Source of the DNA: a virus
Direction: 5' to 3' (one strand)
DNA: 50,194 nt
Virus record (IMG/VR): IMGVR_UViG_3300014645_000001
How positions within the stretch are numbered: position 1 is the stretch's first letter; each line of letters opens with the position of its first letter. Both the position numbers and the translations under genes were made by a program. The notes below the pieces were generated by a model. It had not been told where the DNA came from. It made no database searches and was given only the letters and a program-made list of their open reading frames with translations. This document shows positions 32,111 to 39,116 of this stretch, piece by piece.

Positions 32111-32634
32111 AGCTTAATGAGTGCCGGCACTGCGGGTGGTTCATCCGCCCTCGTGGTGGGCTGTCTGCGGACTACCCGGGCACACACGTGTTCGGCACAA
32201 AGACGGAGTGTCAGAACTGTGTGCGCCGGATCGCTGCGGATATCCCGTTGCCAGGTAATGACTACGAGTGCGCCCGGTGCCACCGGCAGGTGGATACCGG
32301 GTACGAAGGCCCCAAGTCGATCCAACCGTCATCGGGTGGGTTGTGTCGGACATGTAAGAGCGCGATGGGGCAGCAGTCTTACCGGCGTGAGTGCGAGGCG
32401 TGTGGGGTGGTGATGGTTTCGCGCTCTATACGCCCTGCGCCTGGTGAGAGGCGTCATGCTGCGCATGGTCTGTGCAACTCGTGCTACCAGAAGGAGCACG
32501 AGAAACGTCCGCAACGTGTGGTGGATGAGTTCACTAAGCAACGCAGAGCTCGGGCTGAACGTCGTGCCCGTGCGGAGCGCGCCCAGATGCTCGACTACGC
32601 CCGCCGGCTCGCGGTGAAGAGGCGTGCGTCGTGA
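32107..32634 (+). CDS. Cys-rich protein with repeated zinc-ribbon motifs
   Basis: Six CxxC pairs (CRHC, CQNC, CARC, CRTC, CEAC, CNSC). HGLCNSCY resembles the N-terminal repeat of the HNH proteins. Confidence 0.55.
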   Translation: MKLNECRHCGWFIRPRGGLSADYPGTHVFGTKTECQNCVRRIAADIPLPGNDYECARCHRQVDTGYEGPKSIQPSSGGLCRTCKSAMGQQSYRRECEACGVVMVSRSIRPAPGERRHAAHGLCNSCYQKEHEKRPQRVVDEFTKQRRARAERRARAERAQMLDYARRLAVKRRAS

Positions 32635-32918
32635 GCGGGGTGCTCCGGTGGGGTGCCCCACCCCCACCCAGACGGTCCACGTCGCACACGGACCTGATTT
32701 TGGAGCAGCTGCAGTCCCGTCCGGGTGAGTGGGCTGTCGTCGCCGTGGTGAAGAACAACGGGCATCACGTGCAGAAATGGAAGCAGCTCGGGTGCGAGTC
32801 CCAGTCCCGCAAAACGGTGGACGGGGACGTGGAGATCTACGCACGGTGGCCCGAACCACCACTACCCAAACTCGGCGGGTACATGGCTGCACGCCGAGCA
32901 CGAGGCATCGACCGGTGA
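32631..32918 (+). CDS. hypothetical protein (95 aa)
   Basis: GTGA coupling and coding-like composition. Confidence 0.5.
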   Translation: MSGVLRWGAPPPPRRSTSHTDLILEQLQSRPGEWAVVAVVKNNGHHVQKWKQLGCESQSRKTVDGDVEIYARWPEPPLPKLGGYMAARRARGIDR

Positions 32919-32966
32919 CCTGTGACCTGTGCCCGTTCGTCGGGTGCCCCACCTGCCCACTACACC

Positions 32967-32990
32967 AGCCCCCGGAAACCCCGGGGGCTT
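32967..32990 (+). terminator. hairpin AGCCCCCGG-AAACC-CCGGGGGCT + T
   Basis: A 9-bp perfect stem in a 97-nt intergenic gap. GTGACCTGTGACCTGTG is a tandem repeat just upstream. Confidence 0.45.
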
Positions 32991-33015
32991 CGTCATACCC
33001 AGTAAAGGACACCCC

Positions 33016-33438
33016 ATGAGCCCGATCATCTACACCCCCCACGACTGCGAGAAGCCCGAGGGCAATCTACCCGCCGGGACGCTGTACCAGTGCCCCGAAT
33101 GTGACCGGGTGTGGGAGCGAGGCACTGATGTTTTCGAGGATGACACCAATCTGCACTGGTGGGTCGAGGAGGACCCGAGGCGGGGCGCGGCCCTGCAGAA
33201 GGCGTGCTCCCAGCGCACCCAGCCCGAAGCCACCTCCCCCACGGTCACCCCGGACATGGTGCTGCTCGTGCTCGACACGTACGCCGAGCACGAGGACTTC
33301 GTAACCCGAGATGGCCGCGAGTTCTGCGCTGAGTGCGATGCCCCGCTGACCACCGGCCCGCTCGTCCTGGTGGCACACGCCAGCCAAATGGCCGCCAACG
33401 TCCTGCAGGACGCGTTGCGGGGTGAAACCCATGAGTGA
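33016..33438 (+). CDS. hypothetical zinc-ribbon-containing protein (140 aa)
   Basis: Contains CPECDRVW and CAECD pairs. The start is chosen at the ATG after AAAGGA. Confidence 0.5.
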   Translation: MSPIIYTPHDCEKPEGNLPAGTLYQCPECDRVWERGTDVFEDDTNLHWWVEEDPRRGAALQKACSQRTQPEATSPTVTPDMVLLVLDTYAEHEDFVTRDGREFCAECDAPLTTGPLVLVAHASQMAANVLQDALRGETHE

Positions 33439-33814
33439 GTACACGATCTCAATAAACTGCCCTCCGACGATCCGTAAGGTGCGGTGGGGGTTGCTGTCCC
33501 AGAACGTACGGTGCCACTGGACAGTGCGCCGTGAAGTCACTCGGTGGTGGCGGCAAGCTACCGCGACCACCGCAACGCAAGCCCAGCTCCCGCAGCTCGG
33601 GAAAGTGCACGTGACTGTGACGTTCCATAAGAACACCAACCGCCGGTACGACGTAGCGAACCTTTACCCAGTCGCTAAAAGTTGTGTTGACGGTCTCACC
33701 GACGTGTGCCTGATTGATGATTCCAACGCCTACGTCGTCGGCCCAGACATGCGTGCCGGGGAAAAAACCACCACACCCCATGTGGTGATCAGCATCCGCG
33801 AACTGGAGGGCTAG
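33431..33814 (+). CDS. rusA: RusA-like Holliday junction resolvase
   Basis: 127 aa. YDVANLYPVAKSCVDGLTDVCLIDDSNAYV fits the RusA D..N...K...D.L......DD pattern. Confidence 0.6.
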   Translation: MSEYTISINCPPTIRKVRWGLLSQNVRCHWTVRREVTRWWRQATATTATQAQLPQLGKVHVTVTFHKNTNRRYDVANLYPVAKSCVDGLTDVCLIDDSNAYVVGPDMRAGEKTTTPHVVISIRELEG

Positions 33815-33816
33815 CC

Positions 33817-33969
33817 ATGACCGAGCACAAGGTACCGATGACCCGCGCCATTGAGGCGGCACGCCGGGTTGCTAAAGACATGGGCCTGAGCAGGGACGAC
33901 AGGGACCTGGCCGTTCTCGCGGGACTACTCGCGTATCACGCAGGAATCGAGATCGAGGAGGAGGCATGA
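33817..33969 (+). CDS. micro-ORF (50 aa), not in the ORF track
   Basis: RBS GGAGGG; ATGA coupling to the next gene. Confidence 0.4.
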   Translation: MTEHKVPMTRAIEAARRVAKDMGLSRDDRDLAVLAGLLAYHAGIEIEEEA

Positions 33970-34331
33970 CCGACTACCAACCCCAGCCCGGGGAGCGTGC
34001 CGTGTTCCACGGGCCCGCCGTGGGCACCATCGATGTGCTCGTGGCCGACTACCGCGGGCACTTCCAGCAGGTGGGGGATTACCGGCCGGGCATCCCGGCC
34101 CTGGTGTGGCGTCCGTATGCGGACCACAAGGCCGGCGAGTGCCGCCCGCTTGACGCGGACACGCAGGCGTGGGTGTGGGAAACCCTGGTGGAGGCGAAGC
34201 GCCGCCACGAGGCCGGGGAGCCCCTGGCGTCCCTCGCCACGCACCGGCTCGTGAAGAACTCGACCAGCTACGGGATGCACCTGGAACCCATCGAGACCGA
34301 GGAGGATGAGCCATGCTCGGCGTTGTTCTGA
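33966..34331 (+). CDS. hypothetical protein (121 aa)
   Basis: Coupled start and coding-like composition. Confidence 0.55.
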   Translation: MTDYQPQPGERAVFHGPAVGTIDVLVADYRGHFQQVGDYRPGIPALVWRPYADHKAGECRPLDADTQAWVWETLVEAKRRHEAGEPLASLATHRLVKNSTSYGMHLEPIETEEDEPCSALF

Positions 34332-34438
34332 TCTACGCCGCCCTGGGCGTGGCCGTGTGCCTGACCATGACGGGCATGGTGGCCCTGCTCCTCGGGGTAG
34401 CCCTGTACACGGACTGGCGAGGCGGGGTGAGGGCATGA
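34313..34438 (+). CDS. small membrane protein (41 aa), not in the ORF track
   Basis: RBS GAGGAGGA. MLGVVLIYAALGVAVCLTMTGMVALLLGVALY is hydrophobic. ATGA-coupled downstream. Confidence 0.4.
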   Translation: MLGVVLIYAALGVAVCLTMTGMVALLLGVALYTDWRGGVRA

Positions 34439-34767
34439 CGATCCTCCCGCCGCCGAGGCCGAGGCCCCGTCACGAGTGCGCGCCGCCGGACAACCCGTAC
34501 GAGATCACGCGTCCCCTCTCCGCGCTCGGCACCCTGTGGGAATGCCCCGCGTGCGGCCGGTGGTGGAAGTACCGCGAGCAATACCAGGACGCCGCGGACA
34601 AGTGGGCACCCCACTACGGGTGGTTCCCCGTGTCCGCCTGGGACATCCCCGCCCGCCGCCGGATCGCCGCCCACGAGACCGAGAAGATACACGCCCGTGT
34701 GCCGAACATCGTGGGCGACCTGCACTGGTGGAACTGCCACCCCAACCCGAAACGAGGACAACCATGA
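34435..34767 (+). CDS. hypothetical protein (110 aa)
   Basis: Coupled start; contains a CPACGRWW zinc-ribbon-like motif. Confidence 0.5.
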   Translation: MTILPPPRPRPRHECAPPDNPYEITRPLSALGTLWECPACGRWWKYREQYQDAADKWAPHYGWFPVSAWDIPARRRIAAHETEKIHARVPNIVGDLHWWNCHPNPKRGQP

Positions 34768-34961
34768 GCGAGTCACGCGACCACGACCGCCACGAATGGG
34801 TGAACGCCGACGGACGACGCATGGCGACCATCACTTGCCCATTCTGCGGCACCCGCACCGATGCACACCTGTGGTCTCTCGCTGGCTCCGGGAAGCGATG
34901 CCCCGAATGCCGGGCCCTGCACACCTTCCACCCAGCCACCACACACAAGACCGCCCCGTGA
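34764..34961 (+). CDS. small zinc-ribbon protein (65 aa)
   Basis: CPFCG...CPEC; coupled at both ends. Confidence 0.5.
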   Translation: MSESRDHDRHEWVNADGRRMATITCPFCGTRTDAHLWSLAGSGKRCPECRALHTFHPATTHKTAP

Positions 34962-35362
34962 TCCTCCTAGCCCATGTGGCGGCCCGGTGGGCTGCCACCC
35001 GAACACCCACCCACGGGTGGGTACCAGACGAAAGCGAGACCGAGATGACCGAGCACCTGCACTACATCACCCACACCCACCACGGCGGAGACGGCATCCA
35101 CACCCAGTTCACCTGCACCGGGGACCGCACCTCACCCTGCCACCAATACCCGCCCGACGACGCGGAGATGGAGACGTGGGGGGAGGACGACCGTGACCTG
35201 TTCGTGCCGCACGACGAGTGCTGGCTGACGCCCTGGATGGAGGACGCCGACTGCGCCGAACTGTGCTGCCCCGACGGCGAGCCCGTCCGTTCCGGCCCCA
35301 TCAACGCCACCTGGGGCGGCGACTGCGTGGAATGGGAATACGCCGAGGAGGCCAAGGCATGA
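34958..35362 (+). CDS. hypothetical acidic Cys/His-rich protein
   Basis: GTGA-coupled start. The alternative start is ATG 35046. Confidence 0.45.
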   Translation: MILLAHVAARWAATRTPTHGWVPDESETEMTEHLHYITHTHHGGDGIHTQFTCTGDRTSPCHQYPPDDAEMETWGEDDRDLFVPHDECWLTPWMEDADCAELCCPDGEPVRSGPINATWGGDCVEWEYAEEAKA

Positions 35363-35511
35363 CCGGCCACAAGATCCATGTAGTTACATACAGGGGCGAA
35401 CAGCACGCCTGCTGCACCTGCGGGTGGATCGATATTTGGCGGCCTAATGACGGGTCCGCATACAGCATGGCAACCGCACACAAGCAACGGCACGAGCAGG
35501 AGGAAGCATGA
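35359..35511 (+). CDS. small protein (50 aa)
   Basis: RBS GAGGAGG. It ends ...HEQEEA inside a 20-bp repeat. Confidence 0.45.
   Translation: MTGHKIHVVTYRGEQHACCTCGWIDIWRPNDGSAYSMATAHKQRHEQEEA
35492..35511 (+). repeat. 20-bp direct repeat, copy 1 (ACGAGCAGGAGGAAGCATGA)
   Basis: Identical to 35632-35651. It contains an RBS, an ATG and a TGA junction. Confidence 0.9.
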
Positions 35512-35651
35512 GCCGGTACATCTACACCCGCGATGACATGGCCCGCGCCTGGGATGCCGGTTGTGAATCTGGGATTATCGCCACCATGCTCAACCTGTCA
35601 TACGGGGTTATACATCAGCCCGCTAACCCTTACGAGCAGGAGGAAGCATGA
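35508..35651 (+). CDS. micro-ORF (47 aa), flanked by 20-bp direct repeats
   Basis: RBS AGGAGGAA. It ends ...YEQEEA inside the second repeat copy. Confidence 0.4.
   Translation: MSRYIYTRDDMARAWDAGCESGIIATMLNLSYGVIHQPANPYEQEEA
35632..35651 (+). repeat. 20-bp direct repeat, copy 2
   Basis: Identical to 35492-35511. Here the ATG opens only a 3-codon ORF (ATG ACC CGC TGA). Confidence 0.9.
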
Positions 35652-35686
35652 CCCGCTGACCCACCCCGAACACCCCTAGGCCACCC

Positions 35687-35736
35687 CCACGGGTGGGCTT
35701 ACCCGTGGCCCCCGTGCGACACCGTGCGGGGGCCAC
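35687..35736 (+). promoter_or_regulatory. two overlapping (mutually exclusive) GC hairpins upstream of the replisome-organizer-like gene
   Basis: CCACGGGT/ACCCGTGG (35687-35708) and GTGGCCCCCG/CGGGGGCCAC (35705-35736) share GTGG at 35705-35708. Confidence 0.35.
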
Positions 35737-35761
35737 ACCCCAACCCCAGGAGGACCACCCC

Positions 35762-36187
35762 ATGCCCAGCAGTGACCGCCGACCATGGGTGAGACTTTCC
35801 GTGGACTACTTTGAGAACTTCAAAGTCAGGGACCTCTCCGACCTCGGGAAGCTCCTACACCTGTACCTCATCGTCCAAGCCGCGAAGAACCAATCAGACG
35901 GCATCGTCCCCGAAAGCGTCTGCAAAGAGTACGGGCCCCGACCCTTCAAAGAACTCTGCGACCACGGCTTCCTCGAATACCACTCCCCCAAACGGTGGGA
36001 GATCCACGACTTCACCAAACACCAAACCCCCAGGGCCAAAGCCCGCGGGAACCCCACCAAAGGCGCCCACGTCACCCACCACGTCAACACCGGCCTATAC
36101 GTAGACACCTGCGAATACTGTGTGGCCGAACGCGGCGGCGGAAACACCGGGGACCACCTCAAAGCCGACGGACCAGCCCCATTCTGA
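35762..36187 (+). CDS. replisome organizer N-terminal-like / replication initiation protein
   Basis: RBS AGGAGGA. WVRLSVDYFENFKVRDLSDLGKLLHLYLIVQAAKNQSDGIV resembles Phage_rep_org_N. An iteron-like region follows. Confidence 0.5.
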   Translation: MPSSDRRPWVRLSVDYFENFKVRDLSDLGKLLHLYLIVQAAKNQSDGIVPESVCKEYGPRPFKELCDHGFLEYHSPKRWEIHDFTKHQTPRAKARGNPTKGAHVTHHVNTGLYVDTCEYCVAERGGGNTGDHLKADGPAPF

Positions 36188-36188
36188 G

Positions 36189-36241
36189 TGCCTAACCGGG
36201 TGGCTAATAGCCACCCGTCCGCCTGCCTAACTGGCTGGTTA
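36189..36241. promoter_or_regulatory. iteron-like 18-mers and a hairpin (candidate origin)
   Basis: TGCCTAACCGGGTGGCTA (36189) and TGCCTAACTGGCTGGTTA (36224) match at 15/18 positions. The hairpin GGGTGGC-TAATA-GCCACCC and the AT-rich TTAGAATATAGAAGTAACC lie beside them. Confidence 0.4.
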
Positions 36242-36449
36242 GAATATAGAAGTAACCAACCCTCACCTTCCAGCCTCATCTCACCACCCCGCCGGGACCC
36301 ACACAGTGTCCCGAAAACACCTGTCCTTCCCCCTCCTCCATCATGCTCAATCCGTCTGCTGCTCATCGTCACCCAGGTACCCGCGCACGCGAGGCGACGC
36401 CAGCAACAACAACACCACCACCATCAACCCCTCGTTAGGAGCCGCGCAC

Positions 36450-36866
36450 GTGCCCATCAGTAACCGTTTGCAGGCAGACGCCCTAGTGCAAATCCTCCAC
36501 GTCATCCGCCAAACCCGCGGCAACGGTGTAGCCGACTGGCACCCCAAAGCCATTGAGAAGACCCTGTTCGAGAACCACACCCACCCCGCCCCCTACCCAG
36601 ACATCGTCGTAGCCCTCACCAAGTACGCCCGCGACTCCGACAAACGGGTACCCTCATTCCTCTGGGACGCGTTAGCTGACTGGGCACCCAAAGGACAAAC
36701 AGCACCACGCAGCCCATGCGGGTCGCACCCGGAAGAGCCAGCCCACAACTGCCGCTGTTGCCGCGCTGACTACCTCGCCGGCATCCGCACCCAAGACCAA
36801 ATCGGGCAAGCACTCAACATCCCCGACACGCTGGAAACAGCCATGAGCCGAAAGGACACCCAATGA
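36450..36866 (+). CDS. hypothetical protein (138 aa)
   Basis: GTG start 8 nt after AGGAG. Has a C-terminal CRCC motif. Confidence 0.45.
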   Translation: MPISNRLQADALVQILHVIRQTRGNGVADWHPKAIEKTLFENHTHPAPYPDIVVALTKYARDSDKRVPSFLWDALADWAPKGQTAPRSPCGSHPEEPAHNCRCCRADYLAGIRTQDQIGQALNIPDTLETAMSRKDTQ

Positions 36867-37117
36867 CCACCGCAGCCGACATCATCAAGCAATACGGGCG
36901 CGTACTAGAGCACGACACCACCCCCGGCGAAATCGAATACTCCGACCTTGGATCCGACCTGCACACCCTCGCCATCATCGTCTCCGACTACGGGAACAAC
37001 ACGCTCCCCGACGACCAAGCCGACACCACCCGGAAGAACCTCGAAATATGCCTGGCAGGTCAAGACCACTGGTGGTGGAACTGCGACGACCAAAACTGCA
37101 ACGAGGCCACGGAATGA
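36863..37117 (+). CDS. hypothetical acidic protein (84 aa)
   Basis: ATGA coupling. Confidence 0.5.
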   Translation: MTTAADIIKQYGRVLEHDTTPGEIEYSDLGSDLHTLAIIVSDYGNNTLPDDQADTTRKNLEICLAGQDHWWWNCDDQNCNEATE

Positions 37118-37323
37118 GTAACCCACACGGCCGTAACCAAGACCTCCACCACGCCCACCACAACGGTGCCAGCATCCCCGAACTCAGCCGACGAACCCTC
37201 ATCCCCGAATACACGCTACGGTGTATCATGGACCACGAAACGTGTGTCAACTGCGGGGAGCCTGATGCCGAGATACGTGATCTGCCCGGCCTGCTGCATG
37301 TCCTGGGCGGGGTCCGTGAGTGA
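37114..37323 (+). CDS. small HTH-like protein (69 aa)
   Basis: ATGA coupling. ASIPELSRRTLIPEYTLRCIM is HTH-like. Confidence 0.45.
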   Translation: MSNPHGRNQDLHHAHHNGASIPELSRRTLIPEYTLRCIMDHETCVNCGEPDAEIRDLPGLLHVLGGVRE

Positions 37324-37960
37324 GGCCGACTGCCCTGTGTGCGAGGGTGAAGCCCGCCTACAACTCTCGGACTCGGCGGTGCGTGCGTATGGTGCGCGTA
37401 CCGTGTCCGCGGCGGTCTGGTTGGGGTTGGCTAGGGCGGCGCGTAAGGCGTTGGTGGATTACCCGGATGATGTGACCGGGGTTCACCGTAAGGCCGCGTT
37501 GGGGGCGTGTGTGGCGCGTGCCGTGGCGGCGAACCTGGTGGGCGAAGCGAAAGCCTGGGGTGGTCCGGGTCGGGCCTGGTCGTTCAAGAACGATTCGTGG
37601 ACGAGGCGGGAACCGGACCCTGTGCGCCTGTCTAAGCTCCTGTGTGACGCTCCCTTGCACGAGTCGGACGTAGTGACCCTCATGGCCCCGCACGAGCCTC
37701 CTGGGCCCGCCTGCCGGCCCGTAGCACGTGGTGGGCGGCCCGCCCTCTCCGAGCATGGTCACCCGTCCCTACTGGCTGTGGTCGCGGACCCGTACGACAT
37801 GGATCTGGACAACCAGAAACGAGTCGCGGACTGGGCCAGGAAGTGGCGGGAAGCTGACGTGCTCGACCGGGCTGTTACTGAGATGACCCGCAACGCCACC
37901 ACACGGGCACGGGGCGGGCAACAGCAAGAACTGTTTGACATCGTAGGAGACGCCGCATGA
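37265..37960 (+). CDS. hypothetical protein with N-terminal zinc ribbon
   Basis: The start is chosen to keep CPACC-N12-CPVC. Alternative starts are 37298 and 37316. Confidence 0.45.
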   Translation: MPRYVICPACCMSWAGSVSEADCPVCEGEARLQLSDSAVRAYGARTVSAAVWLGLARAARKALVDYPDDVTGVHRKAALGACVARAVAANLVGEAKAWGGPGRAWSFKNDSWTRREPDPVRLSKLLCDAPLHESDVVTLMAPHEPPGPACRPVARGGRPALSEHGHPSLLAVVADPYDMDLDNQKRVADWARKWREADVLDRAVTEMTRNATTRARGGQQQELFDIVGDAA

Positions 37961-38235
37961 ACCCCACACCAGCACCATGGGACCACGCAGCCAACTGTGC
38001 CGCGGTATCCGCCTCTTACGCAGAAGCCATGGGGTTCAAGCCGCGCCAGTGGGCGAGCATCGAGGAAGTCCCCACAGTGAACGGCACCGCCGTCCAGGAC
38101 CGCTACGGCTGGGCCTGGGTGCACACAAGTGAAGGGTGGGTTCGGCTTATCTCCGTGGATACCCCCACAGGAGCCCCTAAAGCCCCCATCGAAGAGTCGG
38201 GACCTTTCACTCAGCCGTTCATGGCCTATTGGTGA
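37957..38235 (+). CDS. hypothetical protein (92 aa)
   Basis: ATGA coupling. Confidence 0.5.
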   Translation: MNPTPAPWDHAANCAAVSASYAEAMGFKPRQWASIEEVPTVNGTAVQDRYGWAWVHTSEGWVRLISVDTPTGAPKAPIEESGPFTQPFMAYW

Positions 38236-38241
38236 CGCAGC

Positions 38242-38418
38242 GTGAAGAAGCATCCGATCAACAAGCATGTCCGTTCCCCGCGCCCAACCCGGCACGAGTT
38301 GGAGAGCCCGAAGACCCGTCACCGGGCGCTGGTGAGGATGGGCCGTCACCGGAACATCATCAGCCGCCGCAAGGTAGGCCATCGCCCCGCACTCACCCTG
38401 ACAGGAGACGCAGCATGA
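38242..38418 (+). CDS. possible small highly basic protein (58 aa), not in the ORF track
   Basis: GTG start with a weak RBS. It fills the gap, and its stop overlaps the next ATG. Confidence 0.3.
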   Translation: MKKHPINKHVRSPRPTRHELESPKTRHRALVRMGRHRNIISRRKVGHRPALTLTGDAA

Positions 38419-38612
38419 GTGACTGGATCACGATCCCGCTTTACAAAGGCGTGCACCTCAGTCGATTGGCAACACCCGAGGACTACGCGCTATTCGCCAA
38501 ACTGTTCCCCGAACCCCCTGTCAAGAGGCCCATGGCCTGCCTGGTGCCCGTGGACACCACGGCACGGGTCCAGGCACGCACCGTCACCGGGGGCATGAAC
38601 CCCACCCGGTGA
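38415..38612 (+). CDS. hypothetical protein (65 aa)
   Basis: RBS CAGGAGA, ATG start. Confidence 0.5.
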   Translation: MSDWITIPLYKGVHLSRLATPEDYALFAKLFPEPPVKRPMACLVPVDTTARVQARTVTGGMNPTR

Positions 38613-38678
38613 CACCGCACCCCGTACCCGTCCGCCCACTGGTACCGGGTTACGGTACGACTATTTGAGGAGGAAACC

Positions 38679-39116
38679 ATGACCCGACCGAGCAACCAAG
38701 GTGTGCACCGTCAAGGCCGCCACGACGAAAACGCCGTGCACGCATACGACCTATGGTTGGGTGGGATGACGTATGCGGAGATCGGGCGGGAAACGAACTG
38801 TGACCGGAAGGTCGCCCGTGACCGGGTGCTTCGTGCTGTCGCCCTACTCCGTGGTGAAGTCGAGGACAAACGGGACCGGATCGGCAACGAACACCTCAAA
38901 GACATGACCGCCCTGGAGGTTATCGCCACCTCCGACGAGGTCGAGATCAAAGACCGGATCGCCGCATACAACGCCCGCCGAGGCCACGCCGAACGCATCG
39001 CCAAACTCTTCGGCCTCGACGCGCCAGTGAAGACCGACGTGACCAGCGACGGGGAGAAGGTCACGATCATCATGAACCCGGACCGCCTGCCCGTGCAGGA
39101 GACCCCCGGGCGGTGA
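38679..39116 (+). CDS. terS: terminase small subunit (HTH-containing)
   Basis: RBS GAGGAGGAA. The HTH is MTYAEIGRETNCDRKVARDRV. It is GTGA-coupled to the large terminase gene. Confidence 0.6.
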   Translation: MTRPSNQGVHRQGRHDENAVHAYDLWLGGMTYAEIGRETNCDRKVARDRVLRAVALLRGEVEDKRDRIGNEHLKDMTALEVIATSDEVEIKDRIAAYNARRGHAERIAKLFGLDAPVKTDVTSDGEKVTIIMNPDRLPVQETPGR

